Source of the DNA: Selaginella moellendorffii
Taxonomy: Eukaryota; Plantae; Lycopodiophyta
DNA length: 64,000 nucleotides
Direction of reading: 5' to 3'
Assembly: GCF_000143415.4 (NCBI RefSeq)
Contig: NW_003314262.1
Location: 3,026,603 to 3,090,602 of the forward strand
The notes below the pieces were generated by a model that did no database searches, was not told the origin of the DNA, and was given only the letters and a program-made list of their open reading frames with translations. Below, piece after piece: positions 1 through 10,950 of the stretch. Position numbers and translations under genes: made by a program. Numbering within the stretch: position 1 is the first letter of the stretch; each line of letters starts with the position of its first letter.

Positions 1-925
1 GTGCTACCACGATTCATAGAAATATTAGCTTGGACAATATTCAATACCTCTCTTGATGGAAGCATGTTATATACATGCTTCCAATTGGGATCATAAGCCT
101 CATGTACTTGTATAGCATTGGTCTCGAAATTCCAAGGTAAGTTGCAAGGTAATTAGTAGTTTTAGTCTAGAGAATTCAAGTAACAAAATTAATTAGACTT
201 CCAAAGCCTCGCAACTATACAAATTTAGTACACAATTAGTATGACAATAGATAATTTAACTTACCTCAAAAACATCTCTATCCTCAATGGTCTCACTCTC
301 AACACTTGATTTATCAGAAACATTAATGCCATGATATACAACACTATGTTCTTCATCCTCCATTAGACTTGCTTCTCCAATTAGATAAGGAAAAGCCTAC
401 ATAAATCAGGTGGTTCCACACACACCATTAGGAAATACTTTAGGCCAAAACAGTTTCAACATTGCAACCGAAAAAATAAATGATCTACAAACAGGAAATA
501 GACTTCACCTCCTACCAGAAAAACTGCCAGTTGAATCCTGTCTTGGGTAGCAACATTAGAGACCAGGACAAGCTACCAACCCTAAGTTAACAAGTCAAAG
601 TTATGCCAATGAATGAATGGTCCATGCATACGTGTGTATGAGTGATAATGGAAACATGCCATGGCCATCCGATGGGCATATTATGGCCATAAAATTATAG
701 ACGAATTGGAAGACAACATGTCAGTTTTTGCATATGATCATCCACACACAATTTATAAATTGAACACCATAACTTCCTCTTTTTTTAACCGATGCTACAT
801 TAGCCCTTTGATTCTACCTGAGGTAGATAGTTCAAGCCTCTCTCACCCCATGTTTATCCCAATAAGTTTGCAATTTTATTTAAATCAGATTTAAAATCAC
901 AATTCATTTTGTGCCTCCAATTTGG

Positions 926-1245
926 TTAGTTCTTGATGCAGTGGTCCTTTGCTCCATTTCCAGCCAAACTGGCATTGGTGGCACTTGTTGTTGTACCAGT
1001 ACCAGTTTCTCAGGCAACTCACGCATTTGCTTCCACTCCACTTCCATCTGGAGAGGCATCGGTGGCAATCGCTGCTATACCAGTACCAGTCTTTGGGACA
1101 CTGGATGCACTTATGGCCGTCCCAGTTCCATCCAGATTTTGCATTGCCAGTGGGCTGTTGCGTTGGTGGTCCCACTGACGTCCACTCCAACCAGGAGGAT
1201 TGTCACAAACATGGCCAGAAGCATCAGCTGGGACTTGCTCGCCAT
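926..1245 (-). pseudogene. Frameshifted copy of the secreted Cys/Trp-rich repeat peptide (type A, 5 modules)
   Basis: ATG at 1245 gives MASKSQLMLLAMFVTILLVGVDVSG, a near match to the signal peptide of the 2708-3016 copy. Relative to that copy there are two single-A insertions in A runs (~1137-1140 and ~948-950). The five C-x10-C modules appear in ORF 897..1190. Confidence 0.8.
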
Positions 1246-1832
1246 TGTATTGTCAATTTAGCAATATAAACTAATTTCTTTTCTTGTATCCCTTCTTTGC
1301 TTTGCTGTATTATGGTGCCAATTTATATGGAGGATTTGAGGCTGAGTCTAAGTAACAATGCTATGTACACGGTTTTTACTGCTTCTCGGGCATGATATGT
1401 CGTGTTTGATTGACGGGGTCAAGAAACAAGTGTACGACTTTATCCAGATGAAACAACCTCGAGTTTCGTTGTGAAATTATCAAAAATATCCCGGTGACTA
1501 TAAAAATGTTTATCTATCTATCTATCTCGTTGCGATCAATCACTATTTTATATGAATTGCCTCATATGCATTAAAAAATATGATAATGTTTTCAAAAGTG
1601 AACGCACTTATTGATATGGTGGAGAAAAGGCCTCCAAGCTTCTAAACATTCCGAAAAAACTTTATGAAATATTAGAAAATGAAACTCAAGCAGCAAGGCA
1701 GGATGAAATCTCTTCCGATCCTGCCAAGGAAATGGGACTTCCGCTACCATAGAATGGACGACACAGTTTATTTACCAAAAGGTTATTACAATTGGCTATT
1801 ATACAAGTTTCAGCATGGAAATGATGGGCAAT

Positions 1833-2106
1833 TCAGTTCTTACAGAACCTTCCAGTCCAGTGCCAGCCCCTTTTCGCATCGGTGGCAACCGATGTCATAC
1901 CAGTGCCAACAGAGCAGTGGTGGCAAGAACTGGTATACCAGAACCAGTACTCCGGGCATCGGTGGCAGGAATTGTTGTACCAGAGACGCACTTCTTCCTA
2001 ATCGTATCCCAGTGCCACCCCGACTTGCATTCCCACGTCAGGGCGCTTGCATTTGCAATGCCTCCCACCAGGAGCACCGCCTCACGCACTTCTTGTTGCT
2101 CGCCAT
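1833..2106 (-). pseudogene. Degenerate copy of the secreted Cys/Trp-rich repeat peptide (type B)
   Basis: It starts MASNK like 3659-3886, with deletions in the signal region. CKSGWHWDTIRKKC and fragmentary WYNNSCHRC, WFWY and GWHWTGRFCKN modules lie in shifting frames. Flanks match those of the 3659-3886 gene. Confidence 0.75.
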
Positions 2107-2707
2107 TTTCTTAAAACTCTCCTCTTGCCTCTGTCTCGACTTGCAAACGATAAGAAACTTTGAGTGCTAATCCTGTAAGACGTGGTCACCGCCTAGAACT
2201 GTAAATCCTCCCATCCAACACTTCAAGCTTCTTCAAGTTAGTTCAGGGCTACTCATTGACAATATCTACGTTAAAAAAAGCTGTGATACAATGTGGCCTT
2301 GGCTTGGACTGGGTACCGATTGATCCAGATTTGGTCCTTGCGTTTGAGACAACACAATCCTGTGGGGAAGGATGGAAACCAAGTGAACTAGAAAATTCAC
2401 GTAAACTTTTCTTGAAGTTTACCTCAAACAATGTCGAAAAGATGACATAAACACTTCTCTAGTAGCTTCTCTTGTACTAAAGCCTTCCTTTGTGTTCGTG
2501 GAGTATCTTGGCTGGAAGTAAAAATTAGTCGTAGAATGCAGCTAATTATTCACGCAGGATAAATAAAGGTTAGAAAGAAAGAAAGCAGGGCAGTCTGAGG
2601 TCGGGAGTTCGAGCATCTCTCACATCTTTCATATACTTTCATAACCAAATGGACATTTGGTCACAATTATTTTGTGACGATCCATTAAATATTGGATTCC
2701 AACTTGG

Positions 2708-3016
2708 TCAGTTCTTGATGCAATGGTCCTTGCTCCATTTCCAGCCAAATTGGCATTGGTGGCACTTGTTGTTGTACCAGTACCAGTTGCTTGGGCAACT
2801 CATGCATTTGCTTCCACTCCACTTCCAACCGTAGAGACATTGGTGGCTATACCAGTACCAGCCTTTGGGACACTGGATGCACTTGTGGCCGTCCCAGTTC
2901 CAGCCAGATTTGCATTTCTGCTGGGCTGCTGCACTTGCGATTCCACCAACGTCCACTCCAACCAGGAGAATTGTCACAAACATGGCCAGAAGCATCAGCT
3001 GGGACTTGATCGCCAT
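2708..3016 (-). CDS. Secreted Cys/Trp-rich modular repeat peptide, 102 aa (type A)
   Basis: Single-exon ORF MAIKSQLMLLAMFVTILLVGVDVGGIASAAAQ followed by five C-x2-G/N-W-x-W modules, with a hydrophobic signal peptide. TATAAAT lies ~90 bp upstream. Confidence 0.85.
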   Translation of the reverse strand: MAIKSQLMLLAMFVTILLVGVDVGGIASAAAQQKCKSGWNWDGHKCIQCPKGWYWYSHQCLYGWKWSGSKCMSCPSNWYWYNNKCHQCQFGWKWSKDHCIKN

Positions 3017-3106
3017 TGTATCGTCAATAGAAATGCAAACTGATTGCTTTTCTTGTATCTCTTCTTTCACTTGATGCTGGGTTATGGTGTTGCCAATGTG
3101 GGACCA

Positions 3107-3113
3107 ATTTATA
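3107..3113 (-). promoter_or_regulatory. TATA box of the type-A peptide gene (paralogous box at 1321-1327)
   Basis: CCATATAAAT is conserved upstream of both type-A copies. Confidence 0.55.
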
Positions 3114-3658
3114 TGGAGGATTTGAGGCTGAGTAAGACGGCTATGCACACGGTTTTTACTGCGTCTCCGGGACGACATGTCGTGTTTGTGCTTGATTGAC
3201 GGGGTCAATCCAGATGAAACAGTCTCTATTTAAGTCCCGTGAAATCATCAAAAGACAATGCATTAAAAAATATGATAATATTTTTAAAAGTAAATAGCTA
3301 GAAACTGCAAGAAATTTATGAACCGTAATTTCTTAAAGTCCACTCATACTTGTGGCCAAACTAAGAAGCATGATTCACATTTCCCTCTCATCTCTTGTCT
3401 CGAGTATGAAACTCAGCAGCGCAAGACTTCGGTATTTCGACAATCTTGCTGCTCGAGTTGCTAGAAACTAAAAGTGAAATTGGCAGCAAGTCTCTCGTCA
3501 AGTGGATTCTGGATGAGGAAACCGAGCCTTAGAATGGGATGTCATGGAAAGAAAAGCACACACATTTTATTCACCAAAAGGTTATCACAAGAAACAGCAC
3601 AACCACAATATTTATTGTCGTCGACATATTACATAAGCTTGGATCTTGATGGGCAACT

Positions 3659-3886
3659 TCAGTTCTTCTTGCAGGAACTTCCAGTCCAGTGCGAGCCCAT
3701 CTTGCAGCGGTGGCAAGAATTGTTGTACCAGTACCAGTTTGGCGGGCAATAGACGCACTTCTTCCCATCCCAGTGCCCCCCCGGCTTGCATCGCCCCTGG
3801 GCGCTCGCACTTGCAATTCCTCCAATGTCAACTCCCACCAGGAGCACCACCACAAGCATCGCCAGCAGCATCTTGTTGCTCGCCAT
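3659..3886 (-). CDS. Secreted Cys/Trp-rich modular repeat peptide, 75 aa (type B, 3 modules, 6 Cys)
   Basis: MASNKMLLAMLVVVLLVGVDIGGIASASAQ-GR-CKPGGHWDGKKC-VY-CPPNWYWYNNSC-HR-CKMGSHWTGSSC-KKN; intact ORF. Confidence 0.88.
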   Translation of the reverse strand: MASNKMLLAMLVVVLLVGVDIGGIASASAQGRCKPGGHWDGKKCVYCPPNWYWYNNSCHRCKMGSHWTGSSCKKN

Positions 3887-4308
3887 CTTTTTTAAGAACG
3901 CCTCTTGCTTTGATGTGATCCCAGACTTGTGAACGAGATCGGAGAAAGCTAGAGAAACTTGGAGGAGCTTGAATGTGAGCTTTGATGTGCTTGAGTATGG
4001 AGTGGGAGGATCTATAGTGCAGGAGAGCGTGTTATAGTTCCGGATAACTCGCTGACTTTTTCGACGTTGAAAAGTAAAATGTCAAGCCGCGCGGATACGG
4101 ATGTAGATCTTCGACCGTGTCAAGCGCGAAGTCAGACGTTTTGGGTATTTGTGCTTTCATTGTAGTAAAAAACATTAATGTTTTACAACGTCTGGAGTAA
4201 AATGGGTTTGCCAAAACATAATTCTTGCAAATGCTATGCTTGAGAATCTTTTAGATTCATGACTAATGGGGAATGTTATTGAATGAATTTCTTCCGCTTT
4301 TAATAAGC

Positions 4309-7300
4309 TCAGCTCCCAGACTGCATTTTTACCTGGATTTGCCTGTGCACGTAGACAAGGAACTCCACATAAGACGAGCCCAGCCCGCTCTTGTCTTCGA
4401 TCATGAAGGAGTGGAACATCATCTCTGTAACAAAACCGAATGAGCAAGAGTGCCTCGAAAAAGAAAAAAATGAGAGTGTTTGATCACCTAAAGGATCTCC
4501 CCGCTTCAGCAAATGCAACCTAGAATAGCAAGCATCCGCATTAGAAAGACTAGTGAGAGTTTTATTTTATCGAAACATACCGCAGGTAAGAGCAGCGTTG
4601 GCGACGGATCTCGTTCACCATCTTGTTCAGCAAAATTGATGGCTCGTTATCGTACTCTTGCAACAAAAACTGCAAAAGAGAAGAGTAAGAAAATTACGAG
4701 TCATACGAGCGAGGGAATGAAGTACCTGTCCGGGAATCACTTCGTTCACAGACCGCACTTCAAAGAGTTGATGAAGGAGCTCAGAGGAGACAGCCTTCCC
4801 TGCGTATAGAAAAGCGTCCTCACCGGTCTCCAAAAGAAAGATTCCTTCTGGGTCCAGGTTCTCGCTTGATAGAGGAAGCGTCGGTGGTAGACTCGACTCG
4901 TCCAGCTATGCAAAACGCGCCTTTAATCAGAGTACCAAAGAGATAACTAGTACCTTTGGTATGTTGTGGACGGAAAATAGTCTGGGATACACCAACGGTA
5001 TCGCGAGGGATGCCGAGATGCTTGTAGCTCGCATAAGCCAGTAAGCTCGTTCATCAACACGAACATCTTGCCGGAGACCCACGCTCTTTGTAAGAGCTGT
5101 AAAGAAGGAAACGAGATTGTGAAAAGTTAAAAAAACAAACGAAACGAAACTTACCGAGTGTATATAGCGGTAGCAGCTTAAGGCATTCGGGCAAGATAAG
5201 CTGGCCCGAAGAAGATGCAGTTGCGCAAAACTTTCTATACGAAAACAAGCTCTGAACGCACTGTCCAATGGTTTGCTCCCTAACTTGCGAAAGAGGGGAG
5301 ACAGGCACGCCTTGAGCAGCTGTATCAAAGGCAATTTCAGAACCTTGAACGAAAATCACACAGATTACTTACCAGTTTTCAAAAGATAAGTGAACTGTGC
5401 ATCTAGATCCGCGCCTTTGAAAAGGTTGCTCAGAACGTTCGTGCAGGTAAGTGATAGTGTACTAACTCTGATACGTCTATGCCCATCGACCGTGGTGTAG
5501 AGTAACGCCGACTACAAAAGCATTAGACAAGTTTGGCAATAGTCAGAACAGGCAATAGCATTATGTAAATGCAAGCGCACCTGAAAACAACAGTCCGCTC
5601 CTTCTTGGAATTTGTCTTCGTGCTTGAACGTGACCAGAATAGATTTATCACAATCAATCTAGAAAAACACACTGCATTACAGGAGCTTAGTTCCATGTAG
5701 ATCAATTACCGCAGGAAGATCGACATCAGTGGTAACCCGTTTACAGCTGCCAAAGTAGTCCTGGACTTTGATTCCCTACAAGAGAGATTCACACAGGTTC
5801 TAACCAGTTCATGTCTTTTACCTGACTACATCGCACACGCATCACGGCTTCAAGTCCTTGAGGTCTGGTTAAGTTCCATCGTAAATCATTATACAACTTA
5901 GCTGAATCCATGGTAGCAGAGAAGGGAAAATAATAATAAGCCTGAAACGATGTCAGTCGGACAAAAGTAAGGAGATTGACAGTAACATACTTGACCTCCA
6001 GTTGTGATGGGCACAACTGAAAGTGATGCTATATCGACGTATGTTTGGGTTGTCAAAAACAAGTCCACGCAAACCTGCATGATCGAAAGCTTACATGTTG
6101 CAGGGACAAACCTAGTTGCTTGGTACCTGGGACGAAGAAAACTCCTCTGCCATGGCTTTCAAAGTTTTATCTGCAGGTTGTAACACCTTGTGCGCTTCCT
6201 AAGAATAAAACAATAGAGTCACATGCCAAACAAGTAAATCTCCATACCGCAGATTTGTCTCGCGCCTCTGCCTCCCTTGGGGTTAAAGCTCCAAGGCCAA
6301 TAGATGGTAAAACTGCAAAGCCCATTTAAGAACGTTCGAAACAAAAGCTTTAGTCCATAGTACCTGATTGGAAAACTAAGAGCTTTCCCCCAGTAGGTTT
6401 CAAAGCCAGAAATGACCCCTGCAACAGAATAACACCTTGTATCAAGGTATCTAACTTAAAGCCCAAGCACCTTCATTGCTGCACCAAGAGCTGATTCCTG
6501 AACCACGTTGTCATGAAACATGTTGGGTATGTTCTCCAAAAGAGTTTCCATGTGCTCGCGGCCCTTCAATCATCAAAGATGAATACAGAAACTAGAAAGG
6601 TCAACTACAAACCTCAGCGACAGGAACCACAAGTCCGTTTTCAACTGGAACATATACGTCTTGTATGTCTGGCACTACGAGCATGGATGGCTGTCGATAT
6701 CGACTTAGGAAGGATTTGAATAAAAAGAGAACATTATCTAAACCTGTTGCAGGTCTTTACTCAAATTGTAGAAGTGTATAGTTGAATCAAACGTTGCAAC
6801 TCCAACCATTGTCCTAGGACCTTCCTGAACGTAAAGCAAAATCTTGAATGATTCAAGTAGCACAAAAAACTATGCACCGAGCTTACTGCAATATCCGCCA
6901 GAACTCTCTGAATAGCACTGCAAGCTGCGGCGGCCGCTCCCGTCTTGATAGCATTAGCTGAGACATCCACCAGAAAGAAGAACACTGGTGGCATTGGAGG
7001 TCGAAGCTACAAAATTTATTTTAACTCTTACGACTGTCTGTATATTGCTAATACGTACCAAATACTCTTGGGTTGCAACGAACTCGACTGTTCCACGAGA
7101 GAGTTCAGGCCTGTCGTCAGCGTCTCTCCTTCGTCCATCCGGTCCGAGGTTGCAAACGTAATCTCGCGGAGTTTCGTTTGTGTGTCCTGTTGATGTAGCA
7201 CGTTAGATTTCATGCTTGCATAGAAAACATCTTACCACAAATATTGCAAACAAAACGGCGTCCTTGGTCGATAAACTTCATAAAGGAATTAATGTATGCT

Positions 7301-8528
7301 TTACATCTATTGCACCGAACTGGCCCACTTTCTCCAAAGTCAACAACCTGCCAAGCATTTGAGCTACCAAAAACAACAATCTTTGCTTCTCTTGAGTACC
7401 TTGATAGGCTCTTCATTCACGTGAGGGAGGGCGAGTGGCTGAATTATCAGAGCCAGAGGCATTTTCGAGGTGTTTAGCAAATCCGCGGTGCATGGAACCT
7501 AAGTTTCTCACAATCAGAACACCAAAAACACCAGTGTTTACCACCTTACCTGATAAAGAGTGCTTCGCATAATCCTTGGGCTACAGTTTCCGGCATCTCT
7601 CACGTAAAAATCACTCGTCGAAGACTGCATCGAAGGAAAAAGTTATAAAAGGAGGAACACAAGAGTTTTCGCAGACTTACCGGAGGAATTGGACCGCTAG
7701 AAACTGTATCATAAACGGACGTAGCGAAGCTCGGCTGGGGGCGGGGAATTTGCGATGGATCAATGCGTTGCGAAGGAGTCGTAGAGGGAGAGCCAGGCTG
7801 CTGTAAATTATCTCCAATCTAGCAACAGAGAAAACAAGCATTAGAGAGCTCTCTCCAAAAAGCCCGATACTCACAGAGGGTCTCCAATTCTGGCCAGGAG
7901 GAGGCGGCATTTGCGAGTAACCAGGCCCTGGCGGCCGGCTTAGAAACTGTGGAGGCTGGAGAGGAGGTCCTTGCATCTGTAGAGGCTGTGGAGGAGCTTG
8001 AGGATGGCTCTGGAATGGCTGCGGCGGCTGTCCCTGGATCGAGGAGGGGTGGCTCTGGAAAGATGGAGGCCCCTGGATTGAGCTCTGGAACGATGGAGGA
8101 GGGCCCTGGAACTGGGGAGGCCCTTGGATCGACGCCGACTGGCTCTGGAATGGCGCCGGCATGCCTGAATTCGCCTGGAAGCTCGAAATTTCCTGTCCTG
8201 ATCCCACTCCCGGGCCCTGGAATGGACGAGAAGGCGGCGCCATACCTTGGAATGGAGGCGGAGGTCGCAGAGATCCGCCATACTGTGGCCGAAAACCTAC
8301 CATGCCCGGCTGATTCGACGCGCCATACTGTGGCACTGGCGTAGCTCCAGCTCCGGGAGGAGGAGCAGCGGCCTGAGATCCCGGCAGCGGCGGTGGCGGC
8401 GCAGATCCATACGGTGGCGGCCGGATGAAGGATCCATCGGGGGGAGCTTGCGGCGGCATAGATCCATACTGTGGAGGGAATCCGCCGGGCCGGATCGGGG
8501 CTCCATACTGCGGTACCTGGGAGCTCAT
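4309..8528 (-). CDS. SEC24: COPII coat subunit SEC24C/D-like (CEF-type), about 20 exons
   Basis: Pro/Gln-rich N-terminus; zinc finger [13 protein letters not shown]...FVCNIC; trunk domain [12 protein letters not shown]; [13 protein letters not shown]; [17 protein letters not shown]; C-terminal [22 protein letters not shown]. Probable 5'UTR intron 8534-8805. Confidence 0.95.
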
Positions 8529-9262
8529 TTGATCTGCGCTTCCAGAGGAAAACCCTAAAACAGAGGACTATACAATGGTTGCCCTAAAAAGGGCGATTTT
8601 CGATTGGAGTAACGATGAACGCTTAGAACGAACTTAGAAACGGGACTAGAAAACTTCCAGCGCTAGAAAACTCCATGGAACTTTGTGCCTGACTTGTAGC
8701 AAAGCTGACTTTACCAGCACGGAAGGACGAGCGTGGCAATTCTCCCGAATCGGCGCTAGCAGCGAGAGTACAAGATCCACAGCTCCAGGGAGTCCTCGAG
8801 ATCACCTTGCCGTGATCTGGGACGAGATCTTCTGGAAGAAGCCGAAGTGACTGAAAGTCACAGGCTTTCTCGATTTGCCTAGTCGTGCTTGCGAGGACTG
8901 AGGAGGAACGCTGGTGAAGTTAAGTTTCTCGAGCGTGGACAGGCTTTGCTCTTGGGAGCCGGGACGATACTTTCGAATCGAGGACACGAACCAGGAGAGA
9001 CGTCATCGACAGAAATTCGAGCAACATCTTCAACAGCTTGAAGTAGCAACGAGCAGCTTGCAGTAGATCCTGGGAAAAAAAAAAGAATCCGGTAAGAGAA
9101 GATACATCTGATAATACATCTGGAGGATACGAACGTCATCGACAGGAATGAACAGCTTGACGTTGCAACGAACAGTTTACTCCTGAGGTAGATCCTGCAA
9201 AAAACTAGAATCTGGTAAGAGAAAATACATGTGAATTCAACCAACCTTTTGTGCGATCTATT

Positions 9263-10538
9263 TTACTTCTTGAGAAAGTCTGTAAAAAATTTGATTTTCC
9301 GGGACGGCGACTTTCTCCTGGCGCTGCCACTGTCAAACTTGGCAGCACCCCAACCGCGAACTCTCTTTTTCGGCAGCATTAAATCTGCTGGCGTGCCATC
9401 AATGTCGACAATGGTGAGTACCTCTCTGAATTTCCCTCCAGGCGTGGCTAGCAGTCTCTCCTCCCAGGGTATGGCGTTCTCGTTCCTCCTCCATCGATTT
9501 GTATCGATGTCTATCACCAGCTTGTCCGTGGTGAATCCGTAATCTCTCCCGTACAATGGTCTTGATGGCGATTCCTCGTACCATTCCACAGGTTCTCCCT
9601 GGAAAAAGTCGTGCTTCAGAAAAACAAAAAGACAAAAAAAGAAGAAGAACGTAAGAGTACCTCTGTTCTTGGACAAAGTTGACAATGCGTCATCGCAAGT
9701 CGCTCGTTCATGCGTCTCATCTTCTCGGCCGCCATTTTTTCCGATGGAAGTGGAGTGTCTGCGTAGAGCGCATCCTCCTCGGGCCTCCAAAGTTGGAGCT
9801 TGATCCCATCCTCGACGCAAACTCCAGCCTTTTCCAGCTCTTTGACGATCGCGCTGCGCCTTTCCAATCCCTGCCGGGACAGAAAGATGACGGGGTTGGA
9901 TCCCTGTTGCTTCATCAGCTCTACTTCCACCCCGTGCTTCACAGCGGCCGACTCGATCCACGCTTTTGTTTTGGCGAATCTGTGCGAAGCTCTCGGACGT
10001 GAAGAAAAAAAAAACCTTTTTTTTCCTCGCTCTAGTACCTTGCTCTACGAACAACACCGTTCTTGGCGAGCTCTTCCTCGAGGAGCAATCTCTGGAGCTC
10101 CAGCGGTCTCAGCAGGACGTCGTGGTAGAAAAACTCTCGCCCCATCAGCTCCCCTGTCCACTGGCGAATCCGATAGCATCCCTTCTCGTGGAAGAGCTTT
10201 GGAATTGTGCACACCCCAATCTCCCTGTTGGCCGGGGTGTGCCCGATCGTCTCCATCGCCGCAATGCAGGCGGCCGGATCGAGCTTCGCGTAATCCATTG
10301 CTCCATCGCCGCTAGTCCCTCTGTATGCTCTCCGGAAGAGCGCGTGGAAATCTTGCTCGAACCAGAAGCTACCAATCCTGTTCGCGTAGAAGATTGGTAC
10401 CTCATTCTCAGCATCGAAGAAAAATCGGAGACGCCGATCACTGCTGCTGCTGCTGCTGCTGCTGATCGATCGAGGCGATGCGATCGATCCGTGGAGCGCC
10501 GCTCTCACGACGCTGCAACGTCCCCATCCACAGCGCAT
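9263..10538 (-). CDS. Hypothetical protein (~380 aa, 3 coding exons) with a possible organellar transit peptide
   Basis: Three long GC-rich ORF segments (10538-~10037, ~9990-9661, 9599-9263) are separated by T-rich GT-AG introns. The N-terminus is Ser/Arg-rich. No domain recognised. Confidence 0.65.
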
Positions 10539-10950
10539 GAGCCCTAACCCTAAATTTTAAAAAGTTGACTCGGGCAATCCGACGGCCCTGGGGGCGCCAC
10601 GTGGGACTATGCAGTATACTAAGTTGGGCCACATCTCGCCGTTCTTTTAAACCAATGGACGACCAAAAGTGCTCCACGATAGGGGTTTCTCTTTACTGAA
10701 TCTCCCTGTTCTACATTTTCGTGCGCGTGCGCTGATGCTCCTCCGAGAGGCGGCTCATCGTTTCCTCCGGATTTGCGCTGCTCGCGTGCGTCAATTCGCG
10801 ATTTTTATGTGGTAAGCATTGCTGTCGGCGCCTCCGGTGATGGCATCTGAAGAGATTTCGCTGCGGCTGCCTCAGATCCGGCTGAATATCGCGACCTAGC
10901 GCGGAGATCCCAGATCCGGAGCTCCCGAGGGCCTGTTGGGTGTAGCGAAA
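10539..10950. promoter_or_regulatory. Divergent promoter region (orphan gene / epsin)
   Basis: Telo-box-like CCCTAACCCTAAA at ~10542, G-box GCCACGTGG at ~10596 and site II TGGGCC at ~10625, between head-to-head genes. Confidence 0.5.

Noticed and set aside
1-890. Possible decayed LINE/retroelement (C*NCFGLKYFLMVC knuckle-like on the minus strand near 420-465)
   Set aside because: Too degenerate to support a call.
2249-2450. Short ORFs between the peptide cassettes
   Set aside because: No signal peptide, no module pattern and no ATG start.
2708-2910. WNW / WKWSK motifs resemble darobactin-type RiPP cores; repeated aromatic cores also recall plant BURP-cyclised peptides
   Set aside because: No radical-SAM or BURP-domain gene is in the window, and the strictly paired cysteines point to disulfide-folded modules. 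A trans-acting enzyme cannot be excluded from sequence alone.
8623-8987. ORFs 8623..8805 (WSCGSCT, RanBP-zinc-finger-like) and 8802..8987
   Set aside because: They fall in the probable SEC24 5'UTR intron and exon (donor 8805, acceptor 8534), and the second Cys pair is missing.
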